Shown: positions 27,298-36,768 of the stretch, piece by piece
How the letters are laid out: every line of letters begins with the position of its first letter
Numbering within the stretch: position 1 is the stretch's first letter
DNA from: Candidatus Altimarinota bacterium
Lineage (GTDB): Bacteria; Patescibacteriota; Gracilibacteria; JBDHUY01
Assembly: GCA_039809385.1 (NCBI GenBank)
Contig: JBDHUY010000002.1
Span: forward strand, 32,001-96,000
Reading direction: 5' to 3'
DNA: 64,000 nucleotides
Notes under the pieces: generated by a model
Seen by the model: only the letters and a program-made list of their open reading frames with translations
What the model was told of the DNA's origin: nothing
The model's database searches: none
Translations under genes and position numbers: made by a program

Positions 27298-28704
27298 TTA
27301 TTGCAACAGGCTGGTAATCGCTTGGACAATCAAGGTAGCGATAAGCGCCACCGAGAACCCGATGATCGTAAAAAGAAGTGTTTTTTTTGCTCGGGCGATT
27401 TTTATTTCGTCTCCCATGGCCAGCGCGAATTGCAACCCATCGACAATCACTGCCGGAATCAAGAGAAAACCGATCCAGGTCAGCAATGACCCGGCTAAAT
27501 TGTTACTGATTGCGGGAATGGACGTATCGGCATTGATTGGGGCTGCGCTGTGGTATTGGAAATTATCGCTGCTGTCGGGTAGTACCGTCAAGGGAAGGGG
27601 AGCGGAAGTCCCCTTCGAACTGTTCCTATTGGTATTGGCACTGGCAATCACATTGCTGTTCGTATTCTGTACGGGATTACTGTTATTTTGATTATCGGCA
27701 CAACTGCCGACCGCAGCGCTTACGGTCTTCGTTGTTTCTTTACCCGAGGCACTGTCTTTGACGGTCACCGTCGCAGTATAACTGCCAGGTGCGGAGTAGG
27801 TATGATTGGCCGTCTGACCAGTACCGTTTGTGCCGTCGCCAAAGTTCCAAGTATAGATCAGATTACAACTGCCGCTTATTTCAGCTATAGCCGAGAATGT
27901 ACGGGGAGTGGCGCGGCAGTCGTTGATCGATTGAACCTCGGCGGTCAGGCTGTCAAGCGAACACTCGACTCCTTTTACCAGCAAAGTCGTATAGCACGCG
28001 CTGACCGAAATACGATTATTTTTCCAGCAGTCCAGCACATAGGTATACGATCTGGCCGGCGTAAAAGGACCGAGCGTTTCGCTGCCATTGGCAGGTTTTG
28101 GATTCCCGTTGGGCCAAAACGGGGCACCGGTGCTGTCTGGAATTTCGCAACGGTCGGCATCCGAAATCCAGGAAATGGTACTGCCGCCTTTGTCCTCAAT
28201 TTGCCACGGTTCGAACGACATCGCGCACGTAACTCGCTCGGGGTTTGGCGAATCTGCCGCGAGATCTGCCGGAGAAAAATGAACATTCAGGAAATTTGCC
28301 AATGAGGCACTCTGATCAAAAGCCCCGAACGGCTTTATTTTACGAAGTTCGCGTAATGCAGCTTTGATTAGATCGTTGCTTTTGGCGTTTAACAAAATTC
28401 GATTACGTTCAAATGACGGACAATTATTCTGTGCGCATGAGATCAGATCCTGCAAAATACTGCGAGCGGCGCTATCGTTTAAAACCGCTTCGAGAGCCGT
28501 TTTAAATGCCTGGTTGGACGGTGCGGCCGGATCGAGACCCAAGCGTTGAAATATAATCTCAAGATATTGCTCATTACTTTGTCCGTATACATACGGAACC
28601 GCTTGCAGATTTTCAAAAGCAAACGAATGCAAAAGACCTATCCCGGGCAAAAGCAGACCGAGTAGTACGATGCGAACGAGGAGCTTTTTGCAAGATGCGG
28701 CCAT
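27298..28704 (-). CDS. Secreted PKD-domain protein with C-terminal TrbC/VirB2-type pilin
   Basis: YTWNFGDG…HTYSAPGSYTATVTVKD PKD; GLQFALAMGDEIKIARAKKTLLFTIIG pilin motif. Confidence 0.87.
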   Translation of the reverse strand: MAASCKKLLVRIVLLGLLLPGIGLLHSFAFENLQAVPYVYGQSNEQYLEIIFQRLGLDPAAPSNQAFKTALEAVLNDSAARSILQDLISCAQNNCPSFERNRILLNAKSNDLIKAALRELRKIKPFGAFDQSASLANFLNVHFSPADLAADSPNPERVTCAMSFEPWQIEDKGGSTISWISDADRCEIPDSTGAPFWPNGNPKPANGSETLGPFTPARSYTYVLDCWKNNRISVSACYTTLLVKGVECSLDSLTAEVQSINDCRATPRTFSAIAEISGSCNLIYTWNFGDGTNGTGQTANHTYSAPGSYTATVTVKDSASGKETTKTVSAAVGSCADNQNNSNPVQNTNSNVIASANTNRNSSKGTSAPLPLTVLPDSSDNFQYHSAAPINADTSIPAISNNLAGSLLTWIGFLLIPAVIVDGLQFALAMGDEIKIARAKKTLLFTIIGFSVALIATLIVQAITSLLQ

Positions 28705-28729
28705 ATTGAGAGTGTGTAAAAATCGTGAG

Positions 28730-29308
28730 TTATCCTTGAAAGAATCCGATAAACGTATTCATGATGACAAAAGCTCCGACCGAAACTCCCAGCCCCAGAA
28801 TAGAGTAGGTGAGTCCTTTTTTGGCTTTGTCGATCTTATCGCTGTCTCCGCGCGCGATCACATACTGATACGACGACATGATCAGCATGATCACTGCAAA
28901 ACCGCCAGCCATCGCCAGCAGAATATTGGTTGCATTCTTGATCGCATCCGGGAGCTGGGTAATCTTGACGACCTCGTTCTCTTTATCCAGATTTTCGGTT
29001 GTTTGCGAAATGAGACGCTGCAAGACTCCCGAAAACAAGACGATGGCGGTTGAAATGAGTGAACCGTTGACGATCTGTTTGGCCAGATCGACCCGGTCGT
29101 CGCTTCCGCCCGAAGCCATGTACATAAATCCTCCTACGACGATCATCATCACCGACAGCGCCAGAATCACGACGAAACCGAATCCCCATATTTTGGAGAT
29201 GAGTTCGCCAAAATCCTCAACCTGTCCCAGCTCGGTAGTTTCCTGAGCAAAGGCGAGGGAGGGGAAGCAGGCCAGAATCGCGATCATCGGAAGAAGCGCT
29301 TTTCGCAT
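28730..29308 (-). CDS. Tandem double TrbC/VirB2-type pilin
   Basis: Signal peptide (AFA-Q); GGFMYMASGGSDDRVDLAK and YQYVIARGDSDKIDKAKKGLTYSILG. Confidence 0.88.
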   Translation of the reverse strand: MRKALLPMIAILACFPSLAFAQETTELGQVEDFGELISKIWGFGFVVILALSVMMIVVGGFMYMASGGSDDRVDLAKQIVNGSLISTAIVLFSGVLQRLISQTTENLDKENEVVKITQLPDAIKNATNILLAMAGGFAVIMLIMSSYQYVIARGDSDKIDKAKKGLTYSILGLGVSVGAFVIMNTFIGFFQG

Positions 29309-29351
29309 GGAGGAGAGATTGAAGAATCAAGAATTGAGAATAAAGTTTCTT

Positions 29352-32300
29352 TTATTGCGAAGTATTTTCGACTGTTACTTGGCTGTTTTTACGCGCATTC
29401 GTCATTTTATCCGCAGGAGCCGTTGTCCCGGTATCGGGAGCGGGGACAGATTCATCGGTTAGTCGAGTATCGGGTGCTTTTTCGGCTGGGGATGGCGTGG
29501 TTGTTCCTGCTAAACGATCATCAGCGGGAGTCTCCTCTTGAGAAGGCATAGCATTCTCGGGAGAATTGTTATTGGTTTGAGCCACAGCCTCTATTTCTTG
29601 CGGTGTTCCGAAACTCTCAACTTTTGTAAACGTAAACTTTTCTTTGATTACATCGCAAAATACTTTGTCGTTGTTCACAAATCTGCTGCCTAAGATCAGA
29701 TCGGAGAGCGGCGTATCGATCATCTGCTGAATCACGCGTTTAAGAGGTCTCGCTCCGAATTGCGGATCATAGCCCAGGTCGGCCAATTTGGCCTTGGCAG
29801 CGTCGCTTAGCTGAAGCAGTATCTCGTTTTCTTTCAAATTTTGAACCGTTTCGCGCATCATCACGTCGACGATGCTCATGATGTCTTTTTTCTGCAGCGG
29901 TTCGAACACGATCAGCTCATCAAACCGATTGATCATTTCAGGCCGCAGAAACTGTTTCAGATCTTCGATCAAGTCTTTCTTAAGCGATTCTATGAAAGCT
30001 TTTTTACGCAAATCTTCTGCCGGTTCCGTAGCAGTACCTTGTTGCGCTTCCGTCGTTGAAGCACTTTGTTCGGAAGAGCTATTTTCAGCCGAAGCAAAGA
30101 GCATAAGATCGGTCTCTTTTTCTTCAATAACCGCAGGGAGGTTCAGGTTGCGAGTGAGAAGAGGGGAGTCTGGAGAGAATGTATCTGGTATCTGGTATTT
30201 AGTATCTGGGATATTCTGGTCAGAACCCGGAGTTGAGAGTTGGTTGCTGGCTGGTTGATTCTTCGTGCCTTCAAGTTCCACACCCCGCTCCGACGCTGCG
30301 GTCGGAGCACCCCTCTCGAGAGGGGATGCTTCAGGCTGTGAGCTGTTGGCTTCCTGCTGACCGCTGTTTGAAGCATAGAATTCCATCATTTTCTCCTGAA
30401 TCTTGGTAGACCCCACGTTGCTGGTACAAATGATGATCGTATTTTTGAAACTGGCGACCCGGCCTTTGCTGTCGGTCAGTCGACCGTCGTCGAACATTTG
30501 TAAAAACAGATTGAAGATGTCTTTGTGGGCTTTTTCGATCTCGTCGAACAGTACGACCGAAAAAGGGTGTTTGCGCACCGCTTCGGTAAGTTGTCCTCCC
30601 TCTTCGTAACCGACATATCCGGGCGGTGCTCCGACAAGCCGAAAGTAAGAGTGTTTCTCCATATATTCGCTCATGTCAAAACGGATCATGGCGTCCTCGG
30701 TTCCGAAAAGATATTCGGCCAGCGTCTTGGCTAGTTCGGTTTTTCCGACGCCGGTAGGGCCCATGAACAGAAACGTTCCGATCGGTTTGTTAGCCTTTTT
30801 CAAACCTGCTCGGCCACGCCGAATCGCCTGTGAAACCAGTTTTACTGCTTCATCTTGTCCGATCAAGCGCTTATGCAAGTAATCTTCCATCTTGAGCAAC
30901 CGCTCACTTTCGGATTCGCGGATATGCCGTAACGGAATTCCTGTCCATTTCGAGATAATTTCGCGTAACGTATCTTTTTGGATGGTATCGTGCTGTTTGG
31001 CCTTTTCTTGTTCGACTTCTTCTTTGGTCTCGTCCAGAACTTTTTGCTGCTGCTCTATCTGTCCGCTCAGTTTTTCGATCTCTTCGGTCAAGTTGTTGCG
31101 CTTGGCCGATTCCAGCTGTTTGTTGAGTAGTTCGATTTTTGCTTCCAGCGCTTGAATTTTACGCGGAGCCGAAAAAGAGGGGAGACGGGTGGCCGCGCCC
31201 GCTTCGTCGATCAGATCGATCGTTTTGTCGGGCTGAAAGCGGTCAGCGATATAACGACTGCTGAGTTTGATAGCTTCGACCAACACGTCGTCGGGAATCA
31301 TGACCCGATGATACGCTTCGTATTTGTCGCGCAGACCTTTGACGATCTCCAGCGTTTCGTCGAATCCTGGTTCGGGCACGACTACCGGCTGAAAACGACG
31401 TTCCAGGGCAGCGTCTTTTTCGATATATTTATGATATTCGTTTGTCGTGGTGGCTCCGATACACTGAATTTCGCCGCGTGCCAGCACGGGTTTTAAAATA
31501 TTGGCGGTATCGTTATTGCTATCTGATGAGATCAGTGTGTGAATTTCGTCGATAAATAGTATTACTTCGCCGTTGGTAGCTTTGGTCTCTTTGAGAATAT
31601 TTTGCAACCGTTCTTCGAATTCGCCGCGCTTACTCGCTCCGGCTAGCAAGGAATTAAACGACAATCCGACGATGCGTTTTCCTTTCAGAATATCGGGAAT
31701 ATCGCCGGTAACCATGCGATAGGCGAGACCTTCGACAATGGCGGTTTTTCCGACTCCGGCTTCGCCGACCAGTACGGGGTTGTTTTTGCGCCGGCGCGAC
31801 AGAATCTGTAAAACGCGTTCGATCTCGTCGCCGCGGCCGATTACGGGATCGAGCTTGCCTTCGCGGGCCCGGTTACTGAGGTCTTCGCCGAATTTGTCGA
31901 GCAGGGGGGTGGAAACCTGGATTGTGCCGACCTCCTCTTTGCCTTTCCCGACGATTTCCAGCACCGCGTTCACGGCATTTTCATACAAAACACCGAAGCG
32001 TTTGAGGATTTGAAAACCCATGCCTTCGCCTTCTTTGATGACTCCCAGCAGCAGATGTTCTCCTTCCAAGTAGTGATGCCGGAAGGTGAGTTGTTCTTCC
32101 TGGGCCAGATCGAATACCCGTTTGGTGCGAGGCGAAAGGTTTGGCTCCGTCTTGAGGATTTTTCCGGTATTAGTGAGATTGTATTTCAAATACTCTTTGA
32201 TCCCTTCCAAATTTGTACCAAGACGTTCGAAGATTTTGGACAGAACTTCGTCTTTCAGATCAAGCAATCCGAGCAGAATATACTCGGTGCCGACGATATC

Positions 32301-32402
32301 AGTGCCGCGCTTTTTTGCTTCGGATTTGGCATAGGCCAGGATCTTTTGGGTATGTTCGGAAAAGTTTTCCGGCAAAGCGGTATTTGTATTGGTTTCCGGC
32401 AT
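29352..32402 (-). CDS. clpC: ATP-dependent Clp/Hsp100 ATPase (ClpC/ClpB type) with repeat-derived insert in AAA-2
   Basis: Two Clp-N repeats, [49 protein letters not shown]; start at 32402 preferred. Confidence 0.92.
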   Translation of the reverse strand: MPETNTNTALPENFSEHTQKILAYAKSEAKKRGTDIVGTEYILLGLLDLKDEVLSKIFERLGTNLEGIKEYLKYNLTNTGKILKTEPNLSPRTKRVFDLAQEEQLTFRHHYLEGEHLLLGVIKEGEGMGFQILKRFGVLYENAVNAVLEIVGKGKEEVGTIQVSTPLLDKFGEDLSNRAREGKLDPVIGRGDEIERVLQILSRRRKNNPVLVGEAGVGKTAIVEGLAYRMVTGDIPDILKGKRIVGLSFNSLLAGASKRGEFEERLQNILKETKATNGEVILFIDEIHTLISSDSNNDTANILKPVLARGEIQCIGATTTNEYHKYIEKDAALERRFQPVVVPEPGFDETLEIVKGLRDKYEAYHRVMIPDDVLVEAIKLSSRYIADRFQPDKTIDLIDEAGAATRLPSFSAPRKIQALEAKIELLNKQLESAKRNNLTEEIEKLSGQIEQQQKVLDETKEEVEQEKAKQHDTIQKDTLREIISKWTGIPLRHIRESESERLLKMEDYLHKRLIGQDEAVKLVSQAIRRGRAGLKKANKPIGTFLFMGPTGVGKTELAKTLAEYLFGTEDAMIRFDMSEYMEKHSYFRLVGAPPGYVGYEEGGQLTEAVRKHPFSVVLFDEIEKAHKDIFNLFLQMFDDGRLTDSKGRVASFKNTIIICTSNVGSTKIQEKMMEFYASNSGQQEANSSQPEASPLERGAPTAASERGVELEGTKNQPASNQLSTPGSDQNIPDTKYQIPDTFSPDSPLLTRNLNLPAVIEEKETDLMLFASAENSSSEQSASTTEAQQGTATEPAEDLRKKAFIESLKKDLIEDLKQFLRPEMINRFDELIVFEPLQKKDIMSIVDVMMRETVQNLKENEILLQLSDAAKAKLADLGYDPQFGARPLKRVIQQMIDTPLSDLILGSRFVNNDKVFCDVIKEKFTFTKVESFGTPQEIEAVAQTNNNSPENAMPSQEETPADDRLAGTTTPSPAEKAPDTRLTDESVPAPDTGTTAPADKMTNARKNSQVTVENTSQ
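30145..30370 (-). repeat. In-frame concatenation of at least four repeat families inside clpC
   Basis: Encodes [12 protein letters not shown] (CAGC heptamers), [21 protein letters not shown] (hairpin), [11 protein letters not shown] (CAGATAC heptamers), [10 protein letters not shown] (CTCC heptamers). Confidence 0.85.
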
Positions 32403-32598
32403 CGTTTTTGTTTTGAGAAAATAAGACTTCAAATAAGTATACTACAAACCTCTCCCAAAAGGAAGCATCTTCATGTAAATGATATGGCTGTTTTTTTATG
32501 AATAACTCTCACAATTTATCATTCAATGATATTTCCTTATTGGTTAGGGTAAAATGACAATTTTTCAATTTCAAAACACATTATACAACTATTTTTAG

Positions 32599-32695
32599 TT
32601 GACATTTTTTATTTCACACCTATAATTTTTTCTCATCTTTAAAAGCATGCTCAAGCAAGATTGATGCAGACTTTTAAGATGGGCGATCTTTGACA
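32599..32695 (+). promoter_or_regulatory. Consensus sigma70 promoter followed by leader hairpin and boxA-like motif
   Basis: TTGACA-16 nt-TATAAT; hairpin 32634-32681 (catctt/aagatg, aaaag/ctttt, tcaa/ttga); GATCTTTGACA 32685-32695. Confidence 0.75.
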
Positions 32696-32747
32696 TCACA
32701 TTACATGTAAATGAACCAGAACCCTACACTATACAGGAGAAAAAATC

Positions 32748-33974
32748 ATGTCCAACCTCAACCTGAATTTACACAACATACTAATCGGCTTCGAGACCTT
32801 TATGAGCGAGGAAACGGATAGCGTTATCTTTCCTCAATCAAGAAGAATTCGAAACTCGAAAAACGAAATCGTTTTTCAGACAGCCCAGAGCATCGTTGGG
32901 AAAATGTTTGAATATCTCTCAGTAACAGAAGATAAACATTTTCTCCTGAATGCTATCGGTAAAAGTGGGGTTATCATGCCACCGAAACTCATTGGTGCCA
33001 TACTCCAAGAAATTGTGTCTGCACTACGCTTACCCGTATTAATGGTAAAAACACCAAAGAGCAAAACGTCCGATATTAGCATTGAAGGCAACGTTACTGT
33101 GGTTGTCTCAGGAGACCATAGCTCTTACATCAAGCCCAAGATCAATAAATTCAAGAAAAGAAATAAACAGGGAGTCATCATCTTGGATCAAAGTATTGAG
33201 TATCTATCTGAAGAGATGGCAAGGTGGTTGAATGCATTTGATCAATATTGGATCTTTGCATTGAATTACCGAGATTTTACCAGAGCACTTGAGCTTTTCA
33301 GTGGGGATTGGACTCCAAACGATTTCTTCACTGGATTACCTCCAGCGCAAAAGCTGATCCAGAACAGATACTCTCAGTCCCTCTTCCTCTGTCCATTGAG
33401 AGAAATAATAATTCAGGAAGAATGGAAAAACGCTCGCCAGATTCAGGAGCCTTGGGATGTGGTCTGTCTCTGCATGCAAAGATTGGAGCTTCCGTTAATT
33501 AACACGGAGACAAAAGTTGGTATAAACAGACAGGGACAAAACTTTCGTCTTACTCCCTACTGTTCGCCAATTGCCCAAGGATGGTTAGAAGAAGAAATCC
33601 AAAAATTCCAAGAAGAATTTCGCCAATGGAAATCACTCAAAGATTGTATGGAAAAATACAACGTGAGTAAAATGACCATTGATATGCTGATAATAAAGCA
33701 TCGCAAAAAAGAGTTCGATCTAATCAGTATCAATGATCAGTGGTTCCTGTCTCCAGAAATTCACTCTCTAATCGAAGAAGAGGTCTTCAATAACTGTTTG
33801 TTGCTAAATGAATCAGGTTGGATTCCATATCATACGAGATTCAACGATACGTTCTGGGAGACCGACCTAGAAGAGTACGTCAGAGAGACTCCCCAGAACA
33901 TTCGAGTTGGAAAGGCAACATCTCAACAATACAGCTACATACTGTATATCAAAGAAGAAAACATGGTAATGTGA
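32748..33974 (+). CDS. Hypothetical protein, 408 aa
   Basis: Own promoter, AGGAGA RBS and terminator; no confident family. Confidence 0.8.
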   Translation: MSNLNLNLHNILIGFETFMSEETDSVIFPQSRRIRNSKNEIVFQTAQSIVGKMFEYLSVTEDKHFLLNAIGKSGVIMPPKLIGAILQEIVSALRLPVLMVKTPKSKTSDISIEGNVTVVVSGDHSSYIKPKINKFKKRNKQGVIILDQSIEYLSEEMARWLNAFDQYWIFALNYRDFTRALELFSGDWTPNDFFTGLPPAQKLIQNRYSQSLFLCPLREIIIQEEWKNARQIQEPWDVVCLCMQRLELPLINTETKVGINRQGQNFRLTPYCSPIAQGWLEEEIQKFQEEFRQWKSLKDCMEKYNVSKMTIDMLIIKHRKKEFDLISINDQWFLSPEIHSLIEEEVFNNCLLLNESGWIPYHTRFNDTFWETDLEEYVRETPQNIRVGKATSQQYSYILYIKEENMVM

Positions 33975-33991
33975 GTCAACGGTATTAACGA

Positions 33992-34028
33992 AGAGGTGTA
34001 GCTGCAAGTTAGCTATACCTCTCTTTTC
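33992..34028 (+). terminator. Intrinsic terminator
   Basis: agaggtgtagct/agctatacctct stem followed by cttttc. Confidence 0.75.
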
Positions 34029-34063
34029 ATACGCATAAAAGTTATCAATATGCTCTTTTCTGA

Positions 34064-34137
34064 TTCCAGGCTGCACCTGTAATATCAATGTTTTCAGCAT
34101 AAACATAAGATATCAATGTTCCACATGCAGCCTGGAA
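34064..34137. repeat. 74-bp element with perfect 12-bp terminal inverted repeats
   Basis: ttccaggctgca…tgcagcctggaa; internal direct repeat atatcaatgtt at 34082 and 34110. Confidence 0.7.
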
Positions 34138-34208
34138 CAAGATAGGTATATTAACTTTCCACCTGAAAACTGTAACGAGATACTAAATTACCTCTTCCCC
34201 CGGGTTTC

Positions 34209-34892
34209 TTATTTCTTACACGAGGCAATAAATCCCTCGAACAGCCTTTTTGAAAGCGGCATATCGAAGATACACTCCGGGTGCCACTGCACACCCAGGA
34301 AAAAATGGTCCGATGACTCGATCGGCTCAATCATTTCTACGATACCATCGAGGGCCTGCGCAGTCGCGTGGAGCCCTGTGCCGAGTTTGTCGACCGCCTG
34401 ATGGTGAATACTGTTTACTCGATAGACTCCACCCTCCACATAGAAACTGCGCTCTACCGTAATTTCATGAGCGGGCTCGTTTTGGTGAGGATAATCGGCA
34501 TGATTGATAGCAGTCTGGATATGCTGAATGAGCGTTCCGCCCAGAGCAACATTCATGATCTGCATTCCGCGGCAAATCCCGAAAAAAGGTTTTTTGGTCT
34601 CGAGGCATTTATGTACATACTCGATCTCCAATCGATCTTTGGTAGTGTTGGTATCTTTTGAAGCGGTGTTTTCCTGGCCATAGAGGCTCGGATCGATATC
34701 ACTCACTCCGCCGATCAGCAGCACCCCGTCGAGCAGATCGAAATAGTCCGATATCTCAGTGTTGGGTAAAATGATCGGTACTCCACCCGCCGCGGCCACC
34801 GCATCGGTATAGCTGGTGGCAACTTTATCTATAATATCTAAACCTTCCTGATTTTGAGCTGCCAGTAGCCCAATATATGGTTCGTTTCTCAT
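34209..34892 (-). CDS. Peptidase C26 / gamma-glutamyl-gamma-aminobutyrate hydrolase family (class I glutamine amidotransferase fold)
   Basis: AGGVPIILP, DIDPSLYG, FGICRGMQ, VNSIHHQAV, GVQWHPE; start at 34892. Confidence 0.93.
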   Translation of the reverse strand: MRNEPYIGLLAAQNQEGLDIIDKVATSYTDAVAAAGGVPIILPNTEISDYFDLLDGVLLIGGVSDIDPSLYGQENTASKDTNTTKDRLEIEYVHKCLETKKPFFGICRGMQIMNVALGGTLIQHIQTAINHADYPHQNEPAHEITVERSFYVEGGVYRVNSIHHQAVDKLGTGLHATAQALDGIVEMIEPIESSDHFFLGVQWHPECIFDMPLSKRLFEGFIASCKK

Positions 34893-34926
34893 AGTTATTG
34901 GATAAAAGAGATATGCTCTGCTTATG

Positions 34927-36735
34927 TTATATATAAGCCGTAATGTTACGTTTAATAAGCATGGTTGTATCTCCTGGATCAAGAGTGATGGTGAACTGAG
35001 TATTATTCCCCAAGCAAACAAGTTTCCACTTTTTTTTGACCCGTTTCTCGACTAAACGATTAAATGGAATGATCACTTTTCCGATCATTTCATTTTTATT
35101 TAAGGTATAACTACTTGCTGGCAATGTACTATTGTCCACTGTTAAATGTGGTACTTCAAATAATTTCATCAATAATGTCATAGTAAAACGCTGTGAATGT
35201 AATTCTTTACTCGTTACCGCAGTTCCAGCTATGAAGATTCTCTCTTGTTGAAAATCCAAAATGATATCAGGTAGTGCCTGTGTTTGAATTGTCCCTGATG
35301 GACCGTAGAAACTACTGATAGTTCCTTTTTCTTTTAAATAAAGCGATATGATTTTATTTTTGAGGTCTTGGTCAATTGTTACTCCTCCTGATTCGAAGCC
35401 ATCTTTCCAACTGGTATATTCTACGCAACTTTGAGAGTATTCTGCTTGCAAATTACCTAGCCGTTTTCTCAGCATATTCCCTGCGATTTCTTTTTTACAA
35501 ATAAATCCCATACATCCGCCTAAAGATATGTCATCAAGCGTGAATACAGCATAATCTTCATACTTGCATATAGATCCGAAACTATTTTTCAATGCTTCGA
35601 CCATCCTCATCATATAGGGCGTCATGGGATTTGCTAAAAAAGTTCCCAAAAGCCTTTGTTTCATGAGTTCGATAAATTGTTGAGTTTCTTTTTCATCATA
35701 ATTATTGAGAAATATGCGATAAAGCTGAATCATTGTTTGCATAGACAAAATATTCTGCGTATCCATAAAACGCTCAAACATGGACTCTTTCGAATCAATA
35801 AATCTTGTATAAAAAGCTGGAAGTCTTTTTACGTTTTTCAGGCGCTTGCCGAATTTACTTCGTAAAATAGTTCTGATTTCTTCGGTAGCGCCGTCATACT
35901 CATGAACTTTCTGTAGTTCCTGTTCTGTAATCACCGGTTTTCCAGAAAATAGAACGCCGAACTCTATTGGCCAGGTAGGCTTGTCCGGTAGATTTGGGAA
36001 GAGATCTTTGAGATCGAATCCCCAAAAATCAATTGCCGGGATATTGGAAAAGTTAAGTGTGCCCGATTTTTTATATTCTAGTGATTCTACCGACTCCGCA
36101 CAGAATGTTACGATAGGATATGACGATGAGACCATTGCCGAAAAAGGGACGACTCCCCACGAATTACCATGTTTAATAATATAATCGATCTGCCGTGATA
36201 ATTTGAAAGTTTCAAGGAAGGCTGATTGCCTCGATTGATAGAGTATCTCGGGAGAATAGAGTTTCCAGTTTTGTGTTTCCTCTGGGCTAATTTGCCCGAA
36301 ATGTAGGTTGCATATGAGACTAAGACATGCAGCAAAGCAACCACGTTGATTCATGCAGTGAGGAAAAGGGACTTCGGTCAGACAATGGATTTTACATCCT
36401 CGTTTTTGCCCCAGTTGATCCCGGTACTTTGTTTCCAGAAAGCACTTCAGGGTATCGAGCTGTCGGATTTCATCTTGTATATTTCCTTCGAAAAACGTTT
36501 CTTGATCGGAAAAGAAACTGATAAGCTTACAAAATTCTATATGAGTATCGTTAGATGGTTCAATGCCCAGATAAATTCTCAATGGAACCTTTTGCTTTAT
36601 GACAATACCTCGAAATCGAAAACTATTAGCCGTCATCCAATCAAACATGAGTGGGGTTGAAACAACCAGACTGCATCTCTCAAAAAAAGAACGGTATGTG
36701 TCAGGGAATGAGCTTTGAAGCTGCGGTGAATTCAT
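34927..36735 (-). CDS. Hypothetical 602-aa protein; possible degenerate GHMP-kinase fold plus C-terminal winged-helix domain
   Basis: N-terminal VVSTP…IKQKVPLRIYLG resembles the GHMP first motif; C-terminal IILDFQQERIFIAG…LLMKL resembles OmpR-like wHTH; inference only. Confidence 0.6.
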   Translation of the reverse strand: MNSPQLQSSFPDTYRSFFERCSLVVSTPLMFDWMTANSFRFRGIVIKQKVPLRIYLGIEPSNDTHIEFCKLISFFSDQETFFEGNIQDEIRQLDTLKCFLETKYRDQLGQKRGCKIHCLTEVPFPHCMNQRGCFAACLSLICNLHFGQISPEETQNWKLYSPEILYQSRQSAFLETFKLSRQIDYIIKHGNSWGVVPFSAMVSSSYPIVTFCAESVESLEYKKSGTLNFSNIPAIDFWGFDLKDLFPNLPDKPTWPIEFGVLFSGKPVITEQELQKVHEYDGATEEIRTILRSKFGKRLKNVKRLPAFYTRFIDSKESMFERFMDTQNILSMQTMIQLYRIFLNNYDEKETQQFIELMKQRLLGTFLANPMTPYMMRMVEALKNSFGSICKYEDYAVFTLDDISLGGCMGFICKKEIAGNMLRKRLGNLQAEYSQSCVEYTSWKDGFESGGVTIDQDLKNKIISLYLKEKGTISSFYGPSGTIQTQALPDIILDFQQERIFIAGTAVTSKELHSQRFTMTLLMKLFEVPHLTVDNSTLPASSYTLNKNEMIGKVIIPFNRLVEKRVKKKWKLVCLGNNTQFTITLDPGDTTMLIKRNITAYI

Positions 36736-36768
36736 AAATATCCAAAAAATTTTTCACAACTTGCCAAA

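Noticed and set aside
14231-32715. CATGTAAAT word upstream of both orphan genes (14232, 32472, 32705)
   Set aside because: Short AT-rich word in AT-rich regions with inconsistent spacing to promoters; could be chance
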